This document shows positions 28,372-37,921 of a stretch of DNA of 64,000 nt, piece by piece (the first letter of the stretch is position 1; each line of letters opens with the position of its first letter). The position numbers were made by a program, and so were the translations under genes. The stretch is from sequence record OM456492.1; one strand, 5' to 3'. Below the pieces are notes generated by a model. That model saw nothing but the letters and a program-made list of their open reading frames with translations. It did no database searches and was not told where the DNA came from.

Positions 28372-30651
28372 TTACTCCTCCGCTTCTTCCCCATCTTCTT
28401 CCTCTCCATCACGTTCAGATTTCTTAACGTACTCACCACTACCTAATTCTTCCTTGACGGAATCTACAGACTCACCGTAGTAATCCGAAAGCAGACGAGT
28501 TCTGTTCTTGTCCATCATGAACACACCCAGACATTCCAGAATGTGATAGTAAGGTTCTACTGTGGAGAATGCGCTTCGACGTGTGTCTGCAGCATCAATC
28601 AGCTCCGGCGGAATACCGAAGTTTTCCACCAGGAACTCTGGCAGTATCAGAGTACGATAGGTACGATAGTTGTTTTCTTCGAACCACCGTGTTGCAGTGG
28701 TCTTAATCATCGGGTCTTTAATGTTTTCCAGCCACTCTTTAACGGCTGTTTTGTTCTCCAGGTTTACCGGAAGCTTCACGGCGTCATAAGGCGGTTCGTC
28801 CAGGTAGCCGTACTTCGGTCCAAAGATAGCGTTGTACATGCGGTGGTAGTGGTAACTCTTTTCATCATCTTCAGAGTACGCACTACGGTCTTTGACGTTG
28901 GTTGTTTTCAGGTAGCCTGCTTTACCAGCGCGAATAGAATCCACCACAACGTGCTCAATTGCAGCAACCTTTTCCAGCAGAGGCAGAATCTTAATCTTGT
29001 CACCACGTGCCACGATCTCACAGAGTTCTTTAATCGTGCGTTTGAACTCTTTCATGACCACCGGAGGAATGTTCGACGTACGTAAAGACACGCCCTTAAC
29101 TTCTAACTCAGGGTCGGACTTCAATTGTCCTTCCTGGCCAGTGATGATGGAGAAATAGTGTTTTGCTTTCGTGGTTAACGCAAAGGAGTCGAACTTAAAT
29201 TCGTTCTTCATTGCGTACAAAAACAGACGCTCTTTCGCCACGCCGATGTTCGCCGACATACTCGCCATCAGATGACGTAAGTGTTGGGTTGCGATATAAA
29301 TCATCGCATCCGATACGCGCGTAGCTTCACGACCGTAATGTTGACCGGTATACCACTGTGCCCACCACTGTGCAGTCATCATCGTGGAGTCGGTATCAGA
29401 TACCACACCAACACGACGAACCACGTCGGGCATCCTGGCAATGTTAATTGGCAGATTTTTGGTAGTCAGGATATTACGAATCAAGCACGCGTACTTACCG
29501 ATGGTTTTCTGCAGATACACAGCTGAGCGAATCAGCTCTTTGTATTTTTCCTGCTTATCCCACGGTTCCGCTTTGTTCGTGTTTTCGTCTTTGAGTTTAA
29601 CGTCAGAGAACGACTTACCTAACGGCACGATATCAGTACGGAACTGCGAGATAATGATCTGCATGTCACCGTCGATGGAGCGCTCAGCAGCATCCCAATC
29701 GGTGATCTCGTCTTCCGTCTCCTCGGCAATCAGCGCACCGATAAATCCGCGCATGAATTCATCGTTGTATTTCGCCAGGTGGTAGAAGTCACCCATGTAG
29801 ACAAACGCTGCACGTACCAGCGGGCTACAATTACCGACGTAGTGACGAATGAACTCTAGCCCTTCGTCGTTACGGAAGTAAAACTCTGCAGAATACATAA
29901 CCACTTCCATAACCTCGTCCACTGTTGGGTAGTGGAGGTTATAGAGTTCCATACACTTCTTGAACTCCGCAAAGTTAGTCAGTGTACCAATAGACAGTAA
30001 GTGGTCGATAACACGGGACGGTGTATCGTAGTGACGATTACCGCCCAGTAGACGTTCGTTGCCAGCGTTACCGAACGATGTAGCCGTACGGCAGGTTGAC
30101 GTCAATACAGAGTGTGAAGACTGGTTAAAGATTACCGTGTACGGTGATGAGAATGCACCCGACATCCCGTTGTTCAACGTCTTAACAGCATTCTGTTCGT
30201 TCTTTTTGTTAATACGCAGAACTTCATTACCCGCAGCACCTGCTGCGTACATCTCTTTCTTAACAACCGCACGCTTACGCACGTTCTCTGCGGTAAATTC
30301 AGCAAGCTTAGAACGCTTTACGTGTTCCGGCAAATAGAAGGTCAACGACGGTGCAGAAATGATCTGCTTATCAATCACTGTACGGAACAGTTTATCTACC
30401 GTGGTGTATTTTTCTTCGCGATCGCCGGTCTTTTGATTGCGCACCCACATCTTACACACGGGGAATTCGTGTACTAACTCACCACCAGGTTGGAACATTT
30501 CTTCGACCTGCTGTCGACAGAACTCCAAAGAATATTTCCCGTTGGTGACGGTATGAATGTAGAGCGCCAGTTGTTCGTAGTACGCATCGATAACGTCAAT
30601 GTCGCGATGATACTCGTCTTGACTAAGACGAAATGGTGAATTGTAGTCCAC
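28372..30651 (-). CDS. Family B DNA polymerase, polymerase-domain gene (phiKZ gp50-like)
   Basis: Motif B EQNAVKTLNNGMSG, motif C VSDTDS, KAKHY; GTG start with AGGGG SD. Confidence 0.9.
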   Translation of the reverse strand: MDYNSPFRLSQDEYHRDIDVIDAYYEQLALYIHTVTNGKYSLEFCRQQVEEMFQPGGELVHEFPVCKMWVRNQKTGDREEKYTTVDKLFRTVIDKQIISAPSLTFYLPEHVKRSKLAEFTAENVRKRAVVKKEMYAAGAAGNEVLRINKKNEQNAVKTLNNGMSGAFSSPYTVIFNQSSHSVLTSTCRTATSFGNAGNERLLGGNRHYDTPSRVIDHLLSIGTLTNFAEFKKCMELYNLHYPTVDEVMEVVMYSAEFYFRNDEGLEFIRHYVGNCSPLVRAAFVYMGDFYHLAKYNDEFMRGFIGALIAEETEDEITDWDAAERSIDGDMQIIISQFRTDIVPLGKSFSDVKLKDENTNKAEPWDKQEKYKELIRSAVYLQKTIGKYACLIRNILTTKNLPINIARMPDVVRRVGVVSDTDSTMMTAQWWAQWYTGQHYGREATRVSDAMIYIATQHLRHLMASMSANIGVAKERLFLYAMKNEFKFDSFALTTKAKHYFSIITGQEGQLKSDPELEVKGVSLRTSNIPPVVMKEFKRTIKELCEIVARGDKIKILPLLEKVAAIEHVVVDSIRAGKAGYLKTTNVKDRSAYSEDDEKSYHYHRMYNAIFGPKYGYLDEPPYDAVKLPVNLENKTAVKEWLENIKDPMIKTTATRWFEENNYRTYRTLILPEFLVENFGIPPELIDAADTRRSAFSTVEPYYHILECLGVFMMDKNRTRLLSDYYGESVDSVKEELGSGEYVKKSERDGEEEDGEEAEE

Positions 30652-30699
30652 GTCTGGCCCCTTGGTTTTTACTCAGCTATAAGACTTGCGGGATACGTG

Positions 30700-30736
30700 A
30701 AAAAAGAAAAAAAAATAACCCACTCCGAAGAGTGGG
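30700..30736 (-). terminator. Intrinsic terminator
   Basis: CCCACTC-TTCG-GAGTGGG plus T tract. Confidence 0.8.
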
Positions 30737-30742
30737 CTTACT

Positions 30743-31153
30743 TTAACCGGCAATATTCTCAACGATTTCAAAATCGACATCATTGAAACCGTTGGCAGCC
30801 AGGGCGCGCTTAAGGTCGTCAATCTCCTGTTTGTTATCCAGGGTGACGGTGAAGCGCACCTTCGTGTTTTCGATAATTTGAACATCACGAATCCAGGCAT
30901 CAGCAGCGACTTTGGGTTTGCCATCAACACCTTTAAAAATCAGATACGTGTATTTGTTCACGTTATCTTCTGGCTGAGAAACAATGGAAGAGTAGATATT
31001 CTTCTGCTCCGCCATCACATCCATATAGCTTTTGGCCATTTCATAGCCAACGCCGGTTGCCAGAATAATTACACGCGTCTCTTGCCCTTTCAAAGGGGTG
31101 TCGTAAACAATGTTAACTTTTTGCCCAGCGACCAGTGTGCGTAAATCGAACAT
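30743..31153 (-). CDS. Conserved hypothetical protein (136 aa)
   Basis: GAGGA SD, coupled ORF. Confidence 0.7.
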   Translation of the reverse strand: MFDLRTLVAGQKVNIVYDTPLKGQETRVIILATGVGYEMAKSYMDVMAEQKNIYSSIVSQPEDNVNKYTYLIFKGVDGKPKVAADAWIRDVQIIENTKVRFTVTLDNKQEIDDLKRALAANGFNDVDFEIVENIAG

Positions 31154-31752
31154 TATTCCTCCTCAGGAACATCAATAAGCAGCCTCATATCCAAAGCATT
31201 GGTCACTGGTGTTTTCGGGAAGTCCACCTTGAGAACCAACGTACGGATAGCGCCATTATGCGCCTCTAAGAACATCTTCACCGGCTCAACATAATGCGCC
31301 ATAACTGCCTCCGTTACGGCGGTCGCCATTAGATCCAACGTATAGTGCTTGAGCGTGGCCCAGTGTGAGCTGTCTTGCTCTTTGTACATCAACGCTAAAT
31401 CTAACAATGGTGTCAGCCCGTTAAAATGTGACTCAGTGCTGGCTTCCATTGCAACATTAAACTTCCACCGACGGTACTCGTCAGTCAGTAACGTAAAGAA
31501 GTCGTGCAAGAACGTAAGGTCGGTGCGAGCCAACATGCAACGAAACTCGTACGTGTAGCTGGTCAGCGTTTCACGTATAAGTTCGTGCATCTCGTCCTGG
31601 TCCAATTCTTTTACGGGTATCTCCACGGTGATACGCGGTAGGCGGACTACGGTGTCAACCACCAAATCCAAAAACCGCATACCGTCCGGAAGATACCCCA
31701 CGACCCCCAAGTCCACATTAATCAAGTGGTTGGCGATCACCTTGTAGATCAT
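31153..31752 (-). CDS. Hypothetical protein (199 aa)
   Basis: AAGGAG SD, operon spacing. Confidence 0.7.
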   Translation of the reverse strand: MIYKVIANHLINVDLGVVGYLPDGMRFLDLVVDTVVRLPRITVEIPVKELDQDEMHELIRETLTSYTYEFRCMLARTDLTFLHDFFTLLTDEYRRWKFNVAMEASTESHFNGLTPLLDLALMYKEQDSSHWATLKHYTLDLMATAVTEAVMAHYVEPVKMFLEAHNGAIRTLVLKVDFPKTPVTNALDMRLLIDVPEEE

Positions 31753-31761
31753 TCGTACTCC

Positions 31762-32193
31762 TTAACATTCAACACAGATGAGTGCGTTGCCAATTTCATT
31801 CATAAGGAGTGAAACCTTTGTCTTTTTTGCTCCGTCTTCTGGAGTCAAGCCAGCCATGCCCCACACACGTTCTATCACGGAAAGGATTTCATAGAACCGA
31901 ACTTCATCCTTAATCCCACTGCTCATGTTGTAGCAGTTTAGAGGCAGTACCTTTTCAGTACCCCACATCCCGCGCAACTGTTCCAGTATCAACGCAGGGT
32001 CTGGGGGAATAAAAGTAAGAAAGTTCTCACCCTTACCTAGCCCATTAACAATAGAACGTACCGTTAATTCGGCGTAACTGGCCAGAAACAAATAAGCGAC
32101 AGCGGGCTCGATCTCGCTAGTATCAGCAATCTCGGCCCGTGCCAACAACGACTCATATTTGAAGACTTCGCCTATGGTCATGTACAGTTTCAT
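31762..32193 (-). CDS. Hypothetical protein (143 aa)
   Basis: ATGA overlap with the upstream gene. Confidence 0.7.
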   Translation of the reverse strand: MKLYMTIGEVFKYESLLARAEIADTSEIEPAVAYLFLASYAELTVRSIVNGLGKGENFLTFIPPDPALILEQLRGMWGTEKVLPLNCYNMSSGIKDEVRFYEILSVIERVWGMAGLTPEDGAKKTKVSLLMNEIGNALICVEC

Positions 32194-32678
32194 TCGCAGA
32201 TTAACACCACATCGTTAAAACTATCACCTACATACGTTTGATATCGCCCCGGATACAGCGACTCTATCAGTCCAGCAAAACCAGTTAAGTTTGTTAACTC
32301 TTCGACCAGCAAACTTACCGCAGCGCCGAAGGCTGCTTGATGTTGTTCGGGCGAACCTTGTGCTGCCAGAAACGTCGTATCGACGGACGTTTCCTTAGCG
32401 AACTGGTCAACGGACAGACCATCGGTCACCAGCTCCCAATTGCCCAGAGGTTCAAGCGTGTCTTCCTGTAACAAATCAACCATCGTCGAAGGGTCACGAG
32501 TTTTCACACCGATGATATACGCAAACGCAAAACGTTGATAAAAATCACGTATCTGTGTTTCATCAATCTCCAGGTTACTGGCTTCCAGTACACGCAATGC
32601 CGCTTCACGAACATGCTCGTAAAACCGAGTCGCGCTATATTGGTTCGCAATATCCGCCACATCAAACAGAACGCTCAT
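32190..32678 (-). CDS. Hypothetical protein (162 aa)
   Basis: ATGA overlap, GGAGG SD. Confidence 0.7.
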   Translation of the reverse strand: MSVLFDVADIANQYSATRFYEHVREAALRVLEASNLEIDETQIRDFYQRFAFAYIIGVKTRDPSTMVDLLQEDTLEPLGNWELVTDGLSVDQFAKETSVDTTFLAAQGSPEQHQAAFGAAVSLLVEELTNLTGFAGLIESLYPGRYQTYVGDSFNDVVLICE

Positions 32679-33184
32679 ACACGACCTCCGAGATTACCGA
32701 TAAGCAAATCGATAACAGGCAGAAGTTGTGGGGTGATTCGCTCGTACGCTTCCTGGCTGGCAAACTGTGGGAATTTATCACCACCATTATAGTCCAGTAA
32801 GAATTCGACATCCGCCGGATTATGCATTGTGTATTGTGCACCGACCCAACGACCGTAGTGAGTAAACCAATAAGGAGACTGTGACACAGCAGTCATATAC
32901 GCTCGGCCGATGTTTTGAATTGCAGTGCCATAGGTGATTACTTGCTCATTTTCCAGCACAACGCCGTGTGCATTCAGCGTACGAGAAACAAACCCAAAGG
33001 TATTGTTCATCATAAACTTTAACTCACTACCAATGGTTCCACGTTCCACGAAGCTCATGGCGGTATTGATTATCGAGTTCAAATCGTCATTCACTTCGCG
33101 GAGCACATCGTTTGGCGAGAACTCCGTTAACGGCCCAGCCAATAACTGATAGCCGGGGATATAAAAATGAGATCGCTCAATCAT
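32675..33184 (-). CDS. Hypothetical protein (169 aa)
   Basis: Overlap-coupled ORF. Confidence 0.7.
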   Translation of the reverse strand: MIERSHFYIPGYQLLAGPLTEFSPNDVLREVNDDLNSIINTAMSFVERGTIGSELKFMMNNTFGFVSRTLNAHGVVLENEQVITYGTAIQNIGRAYMTAVSQSPYWFTHYGRWVGAQYTMHNPADVEFLLDYNGGDKFPQFASQEAYERITPQLLPVIDLLIGNLGGRV

Positions 33185-33584
33185 TGTAAGTAACCCCTGT
33201 AGTCAACATTTTCCAGACACCGTCTCCTACATGCCAGAGGAGAAAGTCGGATTGTGGTAAAAAAGTCATGTCCTCGTCGATTGCTTGCCAGATGCAATCA
33301 GTATCCCGTATCAACAACTCAAATCGACAAAGAGCCCAGTATTTTGCCGACGTGGTTGGTGTAATGATTGGGTTATCGTGAACATACTCCATAAAGAACT
33401 GGCGTATCATGCTATCGATAACGCCATATTTTTTCCGCAGAACGTGCAACCGAACAATTTGCTCGATATAGTCGTCAAGCTCTACCGCAGCATCCTGGTA
33501 ATCGATGCCGAGATTCTCTTTGACGAGTGTGGTGAGTCGGCAAGTCAATCTCACGAACTCAGTATAAACCGTCATCATAGACAT
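33177..33584 (-). CDS. Hypothetical protein (135 aa)
   Basis: Overlap-coupled ORF. Confidence 0.65.
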   Translation of the reverse strand: MSMMTVYTEFVRLTCRLTTLVKENLGIDYQDAAVELDDYIEQIVRLHVLRKKYGVIDSMIRQFFMEYVHDNPIITPTTSAKYWALCRFELLIRDTDCIWQAIDEDMTFLPQSDFLLWHVGDGVWKMLTTGVTYND

Positions 33585-33867
33585 CTGTTACCTTACGTGG
33601 AATGAAACGGAGAATTCTGTCTGCTTGATTATAATGATACCGATACCCTTTCGGAGGAATGCCCATTTCCTCACAGATAGCACGATGAACGTGTGACGCA
33701 ATGGTGTGGATTTCCCGCGAATGACTTCTGGGACGATAACACCTAACAATCAGTGAGACTGTTTCTACGTCCCACGTACCGTGTTCTGTAAATGTCGGAA
33801 TCATGTATTCGAGCATACAGAGAATGATATGCTTCAACCCCGTGTTAACATCATACATGCTGAACAT
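33559..33867 (-). CDS. Hypothetical protein (start uncertain; track start 34026)
   Basis: ATG 33867 removes a 146-bp overlap with the upstream gene. Confidence 0.55.
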   Translation of the reverse strand: MFSMYDVNTGLKHIILCMLEYMIPTFTEHGTWDVETVSLIVRCYRPRSHSREIHTIASHVHRAICEEMGIPPKGYRYHYNQADRILRFIPRKVTDVYDDGLY

Positions 33868-33880
33868 GATGTCGCTGGGG

Positions 33881-34444
33881 TCATTCAATATCCTGACGTA
33901 TGCCGTCGAGGCAATGTGATCGATCAGTACCAGACGGACGATATCGTTTGTTTGGGAAGCATTGGCGGTAGTGGATGAATCTGATGTCTTCTCCAATTTG
34001 TAACTCCAGAGATTGCACCTGCCCACGACGGGTTATGTGTGGTTCCAGTTTAATCGTCGCATAACGATTAAACGGGTGTTTGGCGGCTTTCACAGCATTC
34101 TCCACAAGTGCATGGATACTGTCCAGGAAACTGTTGTAACAGTCTTCGAATGCCAATCCGATAAGATATTCGGTAGAACGTAAAATCGCTACGGTCTCCT
34201 TCGTCTTATTAACCGGAGTACCCAAACCGCCACTGGAAACGTGTGTACGTTCCACAGGAACTGTTTTCGGTGGAAGTATGATCTGGTCAGCCACCAACAT
34301 CATCGTGAGATTAAAAGCGTCAGTATAAGGTTCCAGCAAAGGTTCCATACGTGCATTAGGCATTTCCGGAACGGAGTAAAAGATATCTTCGAGCGCAGTG
34401 TGTAACAGTTGTACAGTTAACATCTCGCGTTCTTTTTGGCTCAT
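33881..34444 (-). CDS. Hypothetical protein (187 aa)
   Basis: ATGA overlap at 34441-34444 favours this start over 34642. Confidence 0.65.
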   Translation of the reverse strand: MSQKEREMLTVQLLHTALEDIFYSVPEMPNARMEPLLEPYTDAFNLTMMLVADQIILPPKTVPVERTHVSSGGLGTPVNKTKETVAILRSTEYLIGLAFEDCYNSFLDSIHALVENAVKAAKHPFNRYATIKLEPHITRRGQVQSLELQIGEDIRFIHYRQCFPNKRYRPSGTDRSHCLDGIRQDIE

Positions 34445-34761
34445 CCGCAGAGCGGTAGCGTACTGGGAAGCATCGACAGGCCCCCAGAAGCTAGAATGAA
34501 CCGCAGCTGGTTCGAGGTATATTCTGACCACGTTTGCACAACTCCATTTTTGTAATGAAAGGGATAGCGATGGTTTCGGCCCAACGCCGAAATAACAAAC
34601 CACGCTTCCGTGCCAAAATAACTTTCGGCAATGCGTATCCACTCACGTGGAAACTCATGCGTGCCGGGATAAATGACTTCTTGTATCGCGCACAGTAACA
34701 TGTCCGCAGGCACAATCAGTTCATTTGTCCCTGGAGAGAAATTAAAGAACATGCGCGTCAT
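34441..34761 (-). CDS. Hypothetical protein (106 aa)
   Basis: AAGGAG SD; promoter motif upstream. Confidence 0.7.
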   Translation of the reverse strand: MTRMFFNFSPGTNELIVPADMLLCAIQEVIYPGTHEFPREWIRIAESYFGTEAWFVISALGRNHRYPFHYKNGVVQTWSEYTSNQLRFILASGGLSMLPSTLPLCG

Positions 34762-34791
34762 CGAGAAATGCTCCTTAAGGATAATTCACGA

Positions 34792-34804
34792 AGATAATAT
34801 CTAT
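34792..34804 (-). promoter_or_regulatory. Promoter motif ATAGATATTATCT
   Basis: Matches the recurrent motif, 31 nt upstream of ATG 34761. Confidence 0.6.
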
Positions 34805-34924
34805 GCAAAATTTCTTCGAGTATGGTGCGCACATAAAGGTCGTAAAACGTATTTTAATGTCAGGTAATGCTATCCCATTACCCGATGGTATGAGTTGTCC
34901 TACGAGCTTCATAGGAGCCTTAGA

Positions 34925-35737
34925 ATGAATGTTATCGACTACTGCCTGCGTAAAATCAGACAGCATATCCCTGCCCCGATTCTACAGGCGGCTTTTGTTC
35001 CAGAAAACCTCAAGTTACTGGGAATTGCAAGCTCTGTAGATAACGAAATTCAACAACGCGTTATTCGTGAAATTCTGGTCCCTGAAATCTCCAGAATGGG
35101 GCAGTATCAAGAAGTAGATTTGCAAGGTGTTCCTTGGGATAACGACACGCAAGATTATTTCAGTCGCGTGTACTATCTCGACGACATCAAAACAGGCGGT
35201 CGCCCTATTCTGGACGCCCATATCTCTGTAACACCTGTTGCCGGGCAGGCGTACACCATGCCACCTGCCGGTTCGTATCTGGACGGTGCAACCTCCGGTG
35301 TACTGGCGTCCACTCAACAAGTGGTTGATAGCCAATCGGCGATGCCACGTATCGCCTCGCCAGAAGTTGAGGTGCTCGGTCCGAATACCATTCGTATCAA
35401 AGACCCAGGCATGTTCGTTTACTCTACCAAACTCGTGGTGAAGTACGAACTGTCCCAGGAGATGAACGAAATCAAACCAGCATTCTATCCGGTTGTAGGT
35501 GAGCTGGCAGTCATGGCTGTTAAGCAATATATCTACAACACCATGATCTTCGACATGGACTCTGGTAAACTGGAAAATGGTATGGAGTTCGGTGCCTTCA
35601 GAAACGTTATTGAAGGTTACTCGGACGCAGGTCAAATGTTCGAAGACACCTTGCCGAAAATGCAGCGTTGCCTGGTCCACAACGACAACATCGGAAACCG
35701 TTGGAACTACATGAACGGTGGACGCTTCAAGTCGTAA
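34925..35737 (+). CDS. Conserved jumbo-phage protein, probably virion structural
   Basis: TAGGAG SD before ATG 34925; plus-strand gene ending in a terminator. Confidence 0.7.
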   Translation: MNVIDYCLRKIRQHIPAPILQAAFVPENLKLLGIASSVDNEIQQRVIREILVPEISRMGQYQEVDLQGVPWDNDTQDYFSRVYYLDDIKTGGRPILDAHISVTPVAGQAYTMPPAGSYLDGATSGVLASTQQVVDSQSAMPRIASPEVEVLGPNTIRIKDPGMFVYSTKLVVKYELSQEMNEIKPAFYPVVGELAVMAVKQYIYNTMIFDMDSGKLENGMEFGAFRNVIEGYSDAGQMFEDTLPKMQRCLVHNDNIGNRWNYMNGGRFKS

Positions 35738-35738
35738 C

Positions 35739-35792
35739 AAAAAAAAGAAAGATTCCGTACCTCTACGCAAGTAGAGGTACTTCTTCTTTTTT
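35739..35792. terminator. Bidirectional terminator
   Basis: GTACCTCTAC-GCAA-GTAGAGGTAC with A and T tracts either side. Confidence 0.85.
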
Positions 35793-36180
35793 AACCGGCA
35801 ACACCCAGCACATCCTTAAGATGATGGGTAATACCTGACGTCCACGCTTCACCTTCACGCACGATTTCCGGTTGAGCGTTAACCAGTCGGCGGAGAGAAA
35901 TTGTGTGTTCCGCTAAACCCGCTACGGGAAACACAGGTGGAACGGTGGCTTGTTTGACATAATCGACGACATCGTTGAAGCCTTCGTTAGAAGACCAATC
36001 AATTTCTACACCGTCGCAGACATCTAATTGACGCGTGTTATTCTCTTCATCGGGGTGGAAAGTAAAACCCCATTGAATTGTATCCAGGAGACCACGGTCA
36101 AGTTCGTTGACCACTTTAATTTTCTTGAGGGTATCCGGATGCGCCATAATCACGTCCAGCGGACGCAGTTTGTTTTTCAT
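35791..36180 (-). CDS. Hypothetical protein (129 aa)
   Basis: AAGGAG SD. Confidence 0.7.
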   Translation of the reverse strand: MKNKLRPLDVIMAHPDTLKKIKVVNELDRGLLDTIQWGFTFHPDEENNTRQLDVCDGVEIDWSSNEGFNDVVDYVKQATVPPVFPVAGLAEHTISLRRLVNAQPEIVREGEAWTSGITHHLKDVLGVAG

Positions 36181-36247
36181 CGAGCATCTCCTTTGGAATC
36201 TATTACAGCACAGACTCCCTACAAGATAGGTGCCTGCCGTAAAAAAG

Positions 36248-36664
36248 TCAGTGTAAGGTTCCGAGGGTTTTATAGTGTTTATAATTCATTGCGTGGATGC
36301 TGTCTAACACAATGGCGAATACTTCCTCATAAGGTAGTCGTTTCTGCATAACTGCAGCACACATCGAATCGAATAAAGAAGGCATTAGTTGCGGCATTTC
36401 GTTTAACGCCGACGATTCGCTACGGGATAAACATTCGCTTGTGTTTATTGTTGGTGTGTCTGACCCAGTGTAGATAGCCACAGCCTCTACCACATCTAGC
36501 GAGTCGAGCCACGGCTGGAATTGAGGCAACTGCATTAGCACTGGAAAGACCTCACTTGCAAGTATTCTTGAATAACTGCACTGCGGTCTTAAAGTCGTGG
36601 GTAATTTATTTTCTTCCAATGCTTTAAATAAATCTTTCGTCTGGTAGTAGCACTGCGTAATCAT
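36248..36664 (-). CDS. Hypothetical protein (138 aa)
   Basis: GGAGG SD. Confidence 0.65.
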   Translation of the reverse strand: MITQCYYQTKDLFKALEENKLPTTLRPQCSYSRILASEVFPVLMQLPQFQPWLDSLDVVEAVAIYTGSDTPTINTSECLSRSESSALNEMPQLMPSLFDSMCAAVMQKRLPYEEVFAIVLDSIHAMNYKHYKTLGTLH

Positions 36665-36700
36665 GGTAACTTCCTCCTATAAGATTCTGAGGCAGTCGTG

Positions 36701-36736
36701 AAAAAAGAAAAAAAAAGAGGGAACCGAAGTTCCCTC
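36701..36736 (-). terminator. Intrinsic terminator
   Basis: GAGGGAAC-TTCG-GTTCCCTC plus T tract. Confidence 0.85.
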
Positions 36737-36750
36737 AAAAGCATCGACTA

Positions 36751-37698
36751 CTAATCAAACTGAAAATCGTACACGCTAAGCCATTGCTCACGTGGAAACA
36801 AATTATAAACTTCCTCAGGGATGTGGAGTACCAACCATCTAGCTCCGTTACCGCCAACGTACCAGGAAGCGTACGGATATATAGAATCCTTCGGTGGTGC
36901 TAACGGAGAAGGTAATTGCTGAGCCCCATAAACGATGCTACCGACCATCTCGCCGTCCGGTAGGACTGCCGCAACCATCCAATTCGCGGGATAATAGGTT
37001 CCAGCATCGGGAGTCGCTAAATAACGCAAGTATAAGTTATCTGGCTCAAACCGCTTGCGTAGAGTTAAGAATAAACACAACTCATACGGTTCGATGTTCA
37101 ATCTGGTGTTCGGGAGACTATGCTCTTTATACCAGTTTGCATAACCTGCCTGCAGTGCTCTGATTGCCAGGATTGGTTTGTCTATATCCACAGGTAGCTG
37201 GAGTGGTGTAACGTTCAAATCTGCGGCGGTTGGAAACATTACCGGTTCAGGATTGATGAGCTGGTTATACGCTTCCCGTAAACGATTCATCTTGATGCGT
37301 AATGCACCGTTCGTTAACACCAGCCTACGTCCATGGTTTTCATCTGCCGCACGTTCCGTAAAAAGTGCATCGCCGAAGTGGCGAACAAACTCAATGCTTA
37401 GGAACTTGGTGTGGTACGTAGGTGATGTGTACTCAATGAACTCATTCTGTCTGAATCCAAAATGGTGGAGCAATTCGCCGTTGGTCCATTTGAACACAAA
37501 TCGGAATTCGAAGTTCTTGTACTGTAGCGCATCTTTTACAGCACGTATCGCTTCCCAAGCGTCGAAGTTCGTTCTGTATAACGAACCAAAAGGGAAGAAT
37601 CTGCGAGGTAAGAAAGGTCGAATGCGGGTTGCTTCTGCGAGGCTGAAGCCATCCTGGTTTAATCCTTCGATAGCGCTAGGATTACTTGGTCTGTACAT
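36751..37698 (-). CDS. Hypothetical protein (315 aa)
   Basis: AAGG SD; promoter motif upstream. Confidence 0.7.
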   Translation of the reverse strand: MYRPSNPSAIEGLNQDGFSLAEATRIRPFLPRRFFPFGSLYRTNFDAWEAIRAVKDALQYKNFEFRFVFKWTNGELLHHFGFRQNEFIEYTSPTYHTKFLSIEFVRHFGDALFTERAADENHGRRLVLTNGALRIKMNRLREAYNQLINPEPVMFPTAADLNVTPLQLPVDIDKPILAIRALQAGYANWYKEHSLPNTRLNIEPYELCLFLTLRKRFEPDNLYLRYLATPDAGTYYPANWMVAAVLPDGEMVGSIVYGAQQLPSPLAPPKDSIYPYASWYVGGNGARWLVLHIPEEVYNLFPREQWLSVYDFQFD

Positions 37699-37757
37699 GA
37701 TGCATACCTTTTATAGTCGAGTTGGGAGAATTCAGATGAGGATTTCTCATCTCACTT

Positions 37758-37772
37758 AGGTAATATCTATCT
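37758..37772 (-). promoter_or_regulatory. Promoter motif AGATAGATATTACCT
   Basis: Motif variant, with TTGCATTC further upstream as at 59227. Confidence 0.6.
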
Positions 37773-37788
37773 GTGGATATTTGGAATG

Positions 37789-37831
37789 CAAAAAAAATAA
37801 AAGAGTTGTCCTCACTCCGAAGAGTGAGGAC
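37789..37831 (-). terminator. Intrinsic terminator
   Basis: GTCCTCACTC-TTCG-GAGTGAGGAC plus T tracts. Confidence 0.8.
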
Positions 37832-37921
37832 TTCCCTGGTGTTGGCATGTAAATCTACAAGGTCTTACAAGGTCAGACGAGGGCTAATCGTCAGGAACAT
37901 AGCTACTGGGCGTTAGCTAAT

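Noticed and set aside
35015-35770. 251-aa minus-strand ORF
   Set aside because: Shadow of the SD-supported plus-strand gene 34925-35737.
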